A stretch of DNA of 61,276 nucleotides, filler included, from Nemertoderma westbladi (lineage: Eukaryota; Animalia; Xenacoelomorpha): assembly GCA_032718475.1 (NCBI GenBank). It is 3 parts of 3 records of this genome, joined end to end, with 100 filler letters (N's around TTAATTAATTAA, not from the genome) between each part and the next. Parts side by side here need not be neighbours in the genome. Positions count along the whole stretch, not along the records: positions 1 to 24,293 come from JAUCBJ010006029.1; 2 more parts are not named here. One strand, written 5' to 3'. Below are positions 1 to 11,931 of this stretch, piece by piece (position 1 is the first letter of the stretch; each line of letters opens with the position of its first letter). Below the pieces are notes generated by a model. The model searched no databases and was not told the DNA's origin. It saw only the letters and a program-made list of their open reading frames with translations. The position numbers and the translations under genes were made by a program.

Positions 1-230
1 CCGGCACAGCATTCTTAAAAATGCAGCTGCAATGCAGCATGCCGATCCTAGTAGTAGTAGTAGTGGCCCCGGTGCAACTTTGTTGATAAACCGGCATAGC
101 ATTCTTAATGGCCGCTGATTGGGCTTGCCAATTGTAATTTGCATGATGGTGACAACATATTTTTGTTAAGCTGGCATAGCATCTCAATGTGCAGTTTGAA
201 TGCAGCAGGCCGATTATAGCAGTAGTAGGT
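1..230 (+). mobile_element. 3' tail remnants of an RTE-like LINE (one good copy plus degenerate copies), ending in (TAG)n
   Basis: 1-65 matches the 3' end of the LINE at 38303-38360 (ccggcacagcattctt...gcagcatgccgatcctagtagtag); degenerate copies lie at ~90-110 and ~170-228. Confidence 0.75.
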
Positions 231-245
231 TTTACAGTAGATCAA

Positions 246-700
246 CTACTGTACGGAGGATAAGTCGCATGCAGGATGTGATGCCTCATAAAGATTATCA
301 TGGTGGCCGAAGCTTTTTGTAGATAGGACAATCCCAAGGAAGTTGCAACTGTTGACAAATCGTATGGTGTTTCCATTAAATGTAAATTTATCGACTTTGG
401 ATAATCGTCCACCTCTGCGGAATTTCACCGTCTTTGTTTTATGCAGGTTCATGGTTAAGTGGTTGTCCTCGGAATTTATTGCTAGGCGACCCAGGGCTTG
501 CTGTTCAGAATCCATAGATCACCAGTCGTCGGCATAGAGCAAAACCATGACAGAAAGGCCAGCCTATAAAGCAGACTACCTAAACAGACTAAAGGACAGT
601 GGGGACAATATATCACCTTGGATAACCCAGACCATTTGTTTGATCGATTCAGTAACATAATCTCCAATACAAATCCTGATATATATTCAAGAAACAGGAA
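246..700 (-). pseudogene. Non-LTR retrotransposon RT C-terminal fragment
   Basis: LYADD motif on the minus strand (~525-545); ORF 246..515 has NLHKTKTVKFRRGGRL...FLGIVL, typical of a LINE RT C-terminus. Confidence 0.7.
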
Positions 701-744
701 AGATATACAATCAGCCTTTTACATTATTTTCAACTGATGTAACG

Positions 745-1090
745 TAAATGGTATGCAAGTTAATTTAATAAAAACAAAGATAGTAAAATTCCGCAAGGGT
801 TGCGATATGGTAAACATGATCAATTTAAATATGGAAATGTTGAAATTAAATTAGTAAACAACTACGAATACCTCGGAGTTACCCTTCAGACATCTTTATC
901 ATTCACTACCCATACCCACATAAAGATAAAGAAATGAAAGCTTTTGGAATTATTGGGTCGTTGTAGCATTTTCGTTTAATATCCACGGACACCGCCATTA
1001 AGATATTCAATATAAAAATATATCCTTTAGTAACATACTCATTCACATAAATAGGCCCGTTCTTCACTCTTGCTAACTTAAAAGAAATTG
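745..1090 (+). pseudogene. Degenerate LINE RT C-terminal fragment in the opposite orientation
   Basis: Translates to NLIKTKIVKFRKG...YEYLGVTLQ, similar to the 246-515 fragment. Confidence 0.55.
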
Positions 1091-1094
1091 ATAT

Positions 1095-2760
1095 TTTTTA
1101 TTATTATAGTATATTAATTCGCTCTAGGCGACAAAATTAAAATATTATAAATTAAAAATGCATCCAATGCACATAGTAAAATGTTTGTAGACATAAAGTT
1201 AGGTAATTAAAAGTTTAAAACTGTAATCCAAATCCAGTGTCAAGTATTTATACAATATTAAAATAACTAAGGATACGATCGTGCTCGGTCAGAAAGGTTA
1301 CATTAACCAAACCATATGTTTCATTAATGTAAGCTGCATCTAAGAGGTCCACTGGTAGTGGAGCTCCTGGAACAAGCCAGTTATCCAAGGACTTCTTTAG
1401 GTAGTTGTTATTCAACAATGACTTTATCGATGGTAATGAGCAACCAGTAATTCCAGATGTAAGTGTACTATACCCAGTCCTGAGTAGCTCAGGTTGTGTT
1501 TATTGGCCAAGAGGACAGAGTGAAGCCAATGATAGACAGTGATAGACAATGCTTTAATCCCATAAGTTCATATATCGTTGCATTACTAGTGCATCGTCCA
1601 ACGCAAAGTAAATTCCGAAGTGGCTGTCAATGGAGAGAGTCAAGAGATTCCATGTCAGAGGCACTCAGAGATCCCATAGAAAATCGGAGATTAAACAATT
1701 GCCCTCCATAGAGTTGATATAGTTTTTATTGGATACCACCGAGTTGTCCAGGACTTGCTATAAAACATGTTAGAAGTAAAAATTAAATCTCTTCGAACAT
1801 CTTGATAGACACCTCGATCATTTCGAAAAATTTTCACTCCTAGAAACATAAACTCACTCTTCCTTTGCAAGCATTGGCCCAGTATATTTAGATACATGGG
1901 TGCACAACTAACACGCCCTGGCGGATTACGGACAAGCCAACATGTCTTTGATGTTTCAATCTCTAAGGAAAGTTCCCTTGATTTGTAACTCAACATATTA
2001 CATAAGGTTTGAACATCGTTAGGAGATGAGCACATAATTAAGTAGTCATCCGCATAGTTAATCGCACCCAGCCATTGCCTAGCAATAGAACACTCAATAC
2101 CACTACTTTCCAGATATTTCATGATAGGTGATGTTACCAGGTTGAAAAAAGTTGGAGACATTAGGGAGCCTTGTTTCAGCCCATTAAAGACATTGAAACC
2201 AAAACAATCAACAAGGGGGCCAAATTTACAATGTAAAATTCTTTGACTGTAATAACTTATAATTAATAATAGAAGATTGGGATGGGTATGGTTTTCAAGG
2301 TTTCGATATAAGGTTAGGTGACTAACACTATCAAAGGCAGCAGCAAGATCCATCTTACATATATAAACAGGGGAACCTCGCCTTGTATAGAATTCCATTG
2401 TTTCCAAGACTGCTGCAACAACCGTCTCTGCTTATTTGTTTTTTATATGCAAACTGACTAAATCTGCAGGGAATATACTTTTATTACACATAAGATCACT
2501 CATTATAAGCGCCTCAAAAATCTTAGCAAAGATACTAACACTCGATACTGGGCGATACGAATTACTGAGTAGTTTACTACGGTTGCCTTCCTTGTAGATG
2601 CAGTTGATGACTGTTCGACCAAAGATAAGATGTTCGGTATCGGTACAATTCCCAATGACAAAGATGAATTCATAACAAATTCCAGTTGTTCTGCTAGTAT
2701 GCCAGGATCATGAAGTAATAAATGTTTCGGAACCAGAGAATAATAATCCGCTGGTTTCCC
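1095..2760 (-). mobile_element. 5'-truncated, degenerate non-LTR retrotransposon (RT domain)
   Basis: ORF 1691..2407 has RT motifs MDLAAAFDSVSH, GLKQGSLMSPTFFN and NYADD; ORF 2503..2763 is an upstream RT fragment. Confidence 0.85.
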
Positions 2761-5700
2761 CATAGGGAGTAGTCTTATCGCCCGATGAGAGACAGCGGAT
2801 TACTCAGATAGAGCCGACTATACAACAGAACCCTAGCCAGGAATTTATTACGAGGGATGAGTTAAGTGCTAGTTTAGCGCAAGCTATATCGCCGCACATC
2901 CAACCTATAACGGACATGCTTAGCAACCTACGGTTAAAGGAAGCAGCCCAGGTAAGAAGTAATTCTAATCCTAGCAGGCCTGAACTAGATAAAGTCCAAC
3001 CTAGTCAACGAGTATGCATATCAGAGGCAACTATACCACATAGACCTCAGGTAAGAACGCCTATCCCGACGATTTATAATCCCAACTTCGAGAACTCGGC
3101 CGAAAGGTTTATACAAGAAGCCTGGGTCAGGGCTTCGGCACGCAAACCAACGCGAGCGCTGAGGACTGACACAGACTCAAGCGATGAAGAGGAAGACATG
3201 AGACGTCAGAAGTCCCGAAACTATAAGGTATGAAGGACCGACGCAGAGCAGGTAAGTTTGAACCACCGGGAAAGGACCAGACTTAATAACCCTGCAGAAC
3301 TAAACCATTTGTTAACCTGGAACGACGCAACCCTTAGAGACATAGGTAAGTTTGCCGCTAGGCAAGGACTGCCGACGCAACAACCCCAAAAGTTTATGGG
3401 CAACCATAGACATTGGAGGACGTTCAAAACCTATGTCGACGAACAGCTGACCAACAGCACCTTTACTCCCAACGAGAAGTTCAACTATCTGCTTCAGATG
3501 CTCCATCGAGAACCTAGAGCCATTGCTGACAACTTCGTCGGCAATGAAAGAGCATTTGAGTTGGCAATGAAGACGCTTAGCGACATCTATGGGAATAAAA
3601 TCAAGATGGCACAGTCGATAGTGGAAGACTTGGGTAAGGGCAGAAGGATTACAACTCCGTTAGAGCTGTTGAACTTAGCGAACGCTATTTCGAACGCATT
3701 AGACATCTTGAGGACGGTGAATCTACCTCATCATGGTGATCACGCCGAAGTTTTGAAGAGCATAATAAGACGTTTAAACATGCGTTACCGACAGAAATGG
3801 CGCAAATTAGAGAATAAGTTAGAGGGTCAAGGTAAGGTGTTGACACTTCAACACATCCATGACATGATAGCCACAGACGCGGTAGCAGAGATGAACAAAT
3901 TTCTCAGAGGAGAATATGAGAGAGTCTAAACCTGTTACCGGTAAGTCAATGGTAAGTTTTGACGATGACATGACCACTGTGACTTTTAACTCAGTAGACA
4001 GATATAATTTGAGTACCCCTGCCTTTAGATCAGACTCGCGAGTATGGTCAGGTGAGCAGTCAGATAGACCTAAGTTAAAGCAACAGGAGTTGCCGGTTGG
4101 ATTTGTAGGTTGCCAATTCTGTTTACTAAAGGAGGTAAGATCTGACGACCATAAGTTAGACAGTTGCAGACGGTTCAAAGAATTAACTTCGGAACAGAGA
4201 AGAGTTCAAGTGCGGACGTAGGACACCTGTTGGGCATGTCTTGCGCCAGGTCATGTACTGCGGCAGTGCCCGAACAGTAAGGATAGATGCATGGAATGCG
4301 GCAGACTACATCACAAGTTGCTACATGCGGATTTCCATACCCCAACGGACCGTTACCTACAGAGAAATCCTCAAAGGAAGGGGAGCAGAGAACCCGTATC
4401 GATAAGAAGAAATACGTACACCGGCATCCAGGACGATGGTTATCAACCAGGTTCGTCGGACGAGGATGGCGAGGCGAGCGCGAGAGAAGTGACCTGCCAA
4501 GGGTTCACCGCGGGTAGTTCATCGACCAGCGCGCGGACATATTTGTCATCGGCCACGTCGGAAATATTCAGCGTGATTCCGGTGAAACTTACTGGAGATA
4601 AGGGATCAAAGAGAATATATGTGATGTTGGACACTGTGTCCACATTATCTTATATCGACGAGGAAGTGGCGAGAGCCGTTTCCAGCTTCCAGGATGCAGA
4701 GGAGATCCAAATAGAGTTAAAGTCCATGCATGGGGTAGGGGACCTCAAGGGACACGAAATTTCGGTTGAACTAGACTCCCTACTCCCAAGAGACCAGCAC
4801 ACTCGCCAAGAACGGAGAGCGTTGCCATTAGACGGATTCAAGTGTCTAGCTATGAAAGGGTTCGGCAGGCAGTTAGGTAAGGCGCCACCGATGAGTCCCA
4901 TAGCACAGGAGTATTTTGACAAGCTCAGAGTACCGAGACACCAGGTAAGTTATAGGAATGTATCTATGTTAATTGGTGCAGAACAGCTGATCGCACACCA
5001 AATATGGGAAACGAGACCAGCTGAGCCGCATGTAAATGGACCACATGCCCATAGGACTATACTAGGTTGGTATACACGAGTACCCATGTCTTATGAGTTT
5101 ACAGGTGGCGACAAGCCAAAGGATAGATACAACGGATTACAGCCTATAACTCAACCACCATTAGTAGAACCACCAGACATAGACGAGTTTAGGAGAGCCT
5201 GTATTGACCACTATAGTGACGTTAGCGAGTCGGACGAAGAGTTGATTCCTGATAATGTTAGATTGTCAGAACCACTCTATAACGACCGGACAGATAGTGA
5301 ACCCGAGGACTACTGTTATCAGACCCGTGGGTCTGGTTCAGCGGCCCACGCTACCTACTTGAGTAATGTTTTGACTTACACCGATATAGTGGAGGGTCAA
5401 GTGGCTAGATATCGAGACCTAGACACTTTCCAATACAGTGAGGAGGAATTGCAGGAGGAATTGTTACGCCAGGACCTCGAGACAGGAGCTAGAACCGTGG
5501 AATGGCTGGATAGCGATGCAATGGAACCCGGTGGATATGACCTAACCATGTCCACTGATGAGAAACGGTCGCTGGAGATGATGGAAGACACCATATGTCT
5601 GCTACCGACAGGACATTTTGAAGTTGGAATGTTGTGGCGTCGACAACCACCTAAGTTGGAGAACAACTACAACTTAGCCTTGAAAAGATTAAACGGAGTA

Positions 5701-8700
5701 AGGGCTCGGTTGCTGAAGAATCCAGACATTAGGGAGAAGTATTGCGCCCAGATAAACAACTATTTCGCAAGGGGGTTTGCTGGGAAGGTAGAGGACCCGG
5801 ACTTAGTGACGGACCAGACTTATTACCTCCCACACCACTATGTGACTCATCCTGACAAACCAGACAAAGTCCGATTAGTCAACGAATGCGCAGCAGTCTA
5901 TAGAGGTATGTCCCTGAATTCAGAGTTGATGGATGGCCCCAACCTGAATAATTATTTGATAGGAATACTGTTGCGCTTTAGACAGCGGCGATTCGCGTTT
6001 ACTTGCGACATCGAGGCGATGTTTCACCAGGTAAGAGCCTGCAAGGCAGACCAGGATAGCCTCAGATTTCTCTGGTACGAGAATGAAGACCTATCCGGCC
6101 CAGTGGTTACATACCAGATGTATGTCAGGATATTCGGTGCCCGCGATAGTCCCAATGGCACGCTGTTTGTTCTAAAGAAAACGGCGACGGCCCAGATTGG
6201 TAAGTATCCAGTAGATGTTATCGAGTCCATCTTGAGAAATTTCTACATGGACGACGGATTGGTGTCCAAGGACACAGCAGAACAAGCCATAGAAGTGGCT
6301 CACGGCCTACAGGAGTGCTTGGCTACAGGGGGTTTTCCTCTGACCAAGTTCACTAACAACTCAGAGGCCCTATTAGAATCGTTCCCGGTGAAAGATCGCG
6401 GGAGCGGAGACATTGAATTGGGGGTAGAACCCATCCCCATGGCGCGAGTACTGGGACTCGCTTGGAACCCGAACACGGATAATTTCCAGTTAAGAGTTAG
6501 GTTCGAGCCCAATAGTCCAGACAAAGTTTTGACTAAGAGAATCTGCTTATCCACAATGAGTAGACTATTCGACCTGATGAACTTTCTCAGCCCGGTAATA
6601 TTACAGGCACGAGTATGTATGAGGAAAATTTGGTTGTCCGACCTAGAGTGGGACGAACCAATATCCTATACATGCAAAGCATTGGAGAGAGTGGGAAGCC
6701 GAGTTGCATCTATTGAAAAACATAGATGTACCCCGCTCCTACTTTCCGAATCAGCTGGTATTTCCAGCTGATCTCGAACTGCATTTGTTCAGTGACGCAA
6801 GTGACACCGGCTTTGGTATGGTAGCCTACCTTCGCCGAGAGGTAAGTCAAGACAAATTTGAGACGGCCTTTGTGACTTCTAGATCAAAGACAATGTCGGT
6901 CAAATACATGACTGTCCCTCGTGCAGAGTTACAGGCGGCAGTAGTCTCAGTCGAGGTAAGTAAGCAGATAATAGAGGAGTTAGACACGACATTGACCTTA
7001 TTCTATTGGACGGACGCATCCTTAGTGTTAGTATACATTGCAGCCGACAATATTGCACTAAAGACATTTGTGGCCAACAGACGCGCTCAGATCGTCGACT
7101 TTTCGACGAAGGAACAATGGAGACATTGTCCGGGAGTGTTAAACCCGGCCGCCATAACTTCGAGAGGTGCTATGCCGGCAGAATTCTGTCAGGAAGAGTC
7201 CCAGGAGTTTTGGTTGCATGGACCTGATTTTCTAACGAGGACACAGGAACATTGGCCAGACCGACTGAAGATAGTGACCAATCCGATGCCAGAGGATGCA
7301 GAAGTCAAAGTGGAGAAAGTCTCCAAGTCTAAGTCGAAAGCCAAACTCAAGTTGTTGGATTGGCCTGAAGAGTCATTGGAGCGGCCTGAAGAGTCATTGG
7401 AGCGGCCCGGAGACCTGTCAGACCTAGAGACTTATGTGACGACTAGGTCTGGAAGGGTAAGTTATGACATAAAACCACCCTTACAGACTAAACAAGGGTC
7501 ACAATTGGTAAGTGACGGACAGAAAATGACCTACAAGATGGAGCCTTTGGTTTCCAAACCTGCGGGTTTGAATTCGAAACTTCCATTAACTAACGGACGA
7601 CCGTTGCTGGCATTAGAGCCATGTAGTATATATGACAAATTACTAAATTCGTCTGCCTCTTGGCTGACAATTTGTAAAAGAGCTGCGTGGTTAAGCCGAT
7701 ACGTTTCGTACCTTTGTTTAAAACATTTGGAACATTTAGGAGAACAAATGAGCACTAATATTGAGCGAATTCAGAAATTGAAACGACCTCTGACAGAGGA
7801 TGAGATTGATCAAGCGGAATTAAAGCATTTGAAGCATTATCAAATGTGTGCCTTCCCAAAAGAATTCTATCTATTATCGGCTCAATGACCAGTTCTCTAT
7901 AAACCCCTTAGAAAATGGAGCCCATTAATCCATAAGGGTTTGATTTGTCATAGATCGAGAATCCAGACTGTCGACATAAACTCACAGTTTAGGTTCCCAG
8001 TGATAATCCCTAGTCACCCAAAAGAATTGCAAAGAGCGATTCTATGGGATATACATAAGAGGTTGCATCACGCGGGAAAGTTACACTGTTTGTCGGCAGC
8101 GAGACAGCGATTCATTCTATTGCAGCCAAGCAGGGCAGTAGGTAGTATGTACGACGCTTGTCTGGTTTGCAAGAGAGTGAACGCCAGAGTATTGGAACAG
8201 GAGATGGCTGAACTCCCGGAAGCGAGAGTGCAGGCATATGACCCACCCTTTACAAATACAGGGGTGGACTGTTTTGGTCCGATTGAGGCAAAGAGTGGAT
8301 GGCTGACCCACAAGCGATGGGGCCTGCTACTGATATGCATGGCCAGTAGAGCCGTACATATAGAGCGTGTGGCAGACATGTCGACCAAATCTCTGCTCCT
8401 GGCCTTAAAGAGATTTATGGCCAGGAGAGGACTAGTAAAGGCGTTTTACTCCGACAAGGGTACAAACTTTGTCGGAGGGAATAGCGAGTTGAACGCGGCT
8501 CATAGGGCGGCGCAGAATAGAGAAATCTCTGCAGCACTTTTGCCGCAAAGAGTGGAGTGGAGATTTAACACTCCAGAAAGTCCTTGGAGAGGAGGAAGTT
8601 GGGAGCGTTTGGTTCGTTCTATAAAGCAGGCCATTGCTAAGACATTGCCTGTAAACAAACAACTTACCGACGACAAGCTGGTCACAGCTTTCATCGAAAT

Positions 8701-9218
8701 CGAGCATACACTAAACTCGAGGGCGATAGCTATGTTGCCAGACGGTGTTGCTTTAACGCCGAATCATTTGCTAATGCAGAGTCCAGCGTTTCTTGTGCCG
8801 AGCATCAGAACCCATTAGTGCCGACCTATACAGTCGTAAGAGCTGGAAAATAACCCAATTTGTTGCGTACGCATTCTGGGAATATTGGCGGGAATATTAT
8901 CTTCCCACCATATCCACCAGATCGAAGTGGTACAAAACGGTTCGGAGCCTCCAAAGAGGAGACTACGTATTGATAACCGAACCAGTTGTCAAGAGAAAAT
9001 ACTGGGAGACCGGAGTCATCTTGCACATACACCCAGACGTGCAAAATATAGTGTGCACCGTCACTGTGAAAATAAGGTGCAAGTGTCCGCACCCAAAGAA
9101 GTGTAAAACTAATGGTTTACACACCTTGGACCGACCGGTCCAAGATATCGTGTTATTAGAGGAGACACGCATCGAGACAGGAGATTATAATTTGTCTCCT
9201 GCCTCAAACCAAAATTAG
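2761..9218 (+). pseudogene. BEL/Pao gag-pol with several stops and frameshifts
   Basis: Gag DUF1759-like EKFNYLLQML; Zn fingers CQFC..H..C, CWACLAPGHVLRQC, CMECGRLHHKLLH; protease MLDTVS; RT FYMDD; RNase H LHLFSDAS; integrase HHCC, GVDCFGP, SDKGTNF, WERLV; DUF5641-like tail FWEYWREYYLP. Confidence 0.93.
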
Positions 9219-9977
9219 TGTTGGACGCAACTCACTTCGTATGCATTCCTCGTATGCAAATACTAGGAAATGCATAGGAGCGGGTTTGTGGTGATTTGCG
9301 TTGAGAATTTGTCTGGTGGGTATCAAAACAAAATTTTATCTTCAAAAATGTTTGGAAAATTAAAAATTTTAAAAATTTAGAAGTGAACCCAAGACAATTC
9401 CAGACGCTGTGTATAGACGCGTTTTAGAATTCGTCTATAGACATACAGTAATTTGAAAAGTCGTGAAGCCTGGAAAATAGCATTTAGAAACCATGGTGAT
9501 TACGGCTATATTACGTAGGAGTGTAAATTGAGTTTAGCAACTTCCACGGATTGGTGCCAACAGTACAACAACCAAGGTGCTAAAGGTTAGTAGCACCAGA
9601 GGCGTACACGGACCCCACTCAGTAGTTTGGAGTGAAGTGAGGTGTTCGATTATCAAACCTGCGGGTTTGGTATAGTCGAGCACCAAGACTATTGTCCTTT
9701 CTAACTACTGTAGTTTAGTACGAGTAATGGGAGTAGTTTTGGCATCAAAAAGTGAGTTGGTCACAGCCAGTTTATCTCCAAAGTTTTTGCGCTATGCATG
9801 GGAATAGGTTAGAGGATAGTTAGGAATGAGATGGGATCTAGAAAGTCGAACCTGAACTGCTGGAAGGCGGCTGGGGGGTTCGGGAGGTCTGTCCTTCGGC
9901 GTCATCTAACTGATTTACCCACAGTGTAATTAGTTACATAACGGACCTATTGGGATATATGTATATACGCTGCTATA

Positions 9978-11931
9978 ATGGAGAAGGAAATTAGAGCGCA
10001 ACCGAGGAGAGGATTTACTGCCAGAGAGGAGGCGGAACTACCATTTGCCCGACCCGGGTGTAAAGACTCAAACGTCTACTACCATGGGAAGTCGGTGATG
10101 GAATTGAATGGGAAGTACAAGCCCACGTATGATAAAGAGTTGAGGAGGGAACGGATGAGAGCGTTGGGAGACTGCATGGAGGTTTTAAGGAAGGAGTATC
10201 GCACTCGTTATCCCTACGACTTTGCCTTAGATGTATGTGACATTAGTGCAGACCCGGACGAGGAGATCGCACGGCTGTACCATATGAACATGTATTTATG
10301 ATACGACGAACCTCTACCTGCAGTCCGAGATCAGTTCGACGGAATGCATCTGTACCGGAGGACTCGAGGTGAGGATCAAGAAACGCCAAAGGTCTTCAGT
10401 GTATACAAGTTGTTCTACAAATGTGGTGAATGCATGAATAAACAAGACATGGCGATTCCCGATCAACTGAACGAGCAACATCCTGAACCGATATTAACGC
10501 GATGTCAAGCTCACCAGTTCCTTAGATACAATGAGGGCGGTTACCCGATGAGCAACCCGATGATCAGTATCGACTTTAGCGGAAAGCGACCTCCGAGACC
10601 CATTACACCGACCGTTACGACTTTAGATCCGTATACGGAGATTAAACCCTGTTCGACACCCAGTTTGATAGAGACGGCAGCGGCCATTTCGCTATACCGA
10701 GCCTATAAGGACCTAGAGGTGCGGCGCGAAGTGGCATGGGACTCGGGTACCAAACCCGCAGGTTTGGAGCTCTCGAGTCCATGGACTACGTTTACTTTGC
10801 CTCACCGAGCGAGAAATCTCACGCCTGAGCATCAGGACGACATAGATGCATTGCGGCAGGAGGAGCGAGCGGCGAAGGCGAAACAATTATTCGAAGAACG
10901 GGTAGCCGAGTATAATAAGACCGCGGATAGACATCAGGAGGAGACGAGGAGAGTGACCGGATTTGTTCCACAGGCCGTATCTCAACCCCGACCGATGTAT
11001 TATTCTGACGGCAACGAACCTGCGATATTGGTAGATCACCCGGAGTCGCGAGAAGCGATTAGATTCTTGCCGATGGAGAGAATGTCGGATCATTGGAACG
11101 TCGACTGCCTACGGGAAGTTCTTGCGTGACGTCCCAATGCAGATAACGGATTACGACACGCTAGACAAGATTGGAGCTCCAGGAAAGGATAGCAAGTTGT
11201 TTTGATGGTTGGATAAGTACATAAAGGTATGGGTCGCGGTGGCTACATTCCCAGACGACGAGGAGGTAGACCAGGCGTGGCTAAGGAGAAAGGGTTCCTA
11301 CACCCGATACGATGACCACAAGGCTATTGAGCGCATGTGGACCCCATCCGACGAGATCTAGCGTCAGTGGAGAAAGATGGAGGAATCACTACAAGATTGG
11401 CGAGTGATATTCTACGACAATGAGGGAGGGTCCCATCAAGAATGTTTAACTAGTAAGTGCATTCAAATTCGCGCGGCCGATGGTGTGACTCATGTGTTTA
11501 TGCGTGTGAGGGCGGACCGAGAGAGACCGGAGCCCATAATAACGATGCAATATCGGCGGGGGAAGGATCCCAGAGAACAGATTTTGGAGGTATGCAGGTG
11601 AGGAGGTATGCACGGAGCGGAGCGTATCGATGCCAGGATGCTACCCAAGAAAGTAAGAGAGGCGATTCTCAATCAAGATTATGTCAAGGTGGGATCGGGA
11701 GTCCAGAGCAATTTGGAGAGTGACTTCAACGCCATGACTGATTTGGAGGACAGATTGCCGAGACCGTTTGTCGACACCAAGCTATTGTTGCTATGGGCAC
11801 AGGATATTGGAATTTATAGGGAGTATCCCAACTCTGCCAAGACTGGTATGGGCTTCATAGTGCATTTGTTATATAATTGGGACTTCAAGTTAAAGACGCA
11901 AAAGAAATACGAGGAGGCGTATGGTGAATAT
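9978..11931 (+). pseudogene. Family A extra ORF, 5' part: unknown N-terminus plus DEDDy 3'-5' exonuclease-like ExoI/ExoII
   Basis: ORFs 9978, 10344, 11377 and 11608 are linked by point stops and one frameshift; IFYDNEG, CIQIRAADG, LPKKVREAILNQDYVKVGSGV and FVDTKLL resemble WRN_exo/Mut-7 motifs. Confidence 0.72.

Noticed and set aside
4443-8707. Short antisense ORFs over pol (also over family B pol)
   Set aside because: Shadow frames with no motifs
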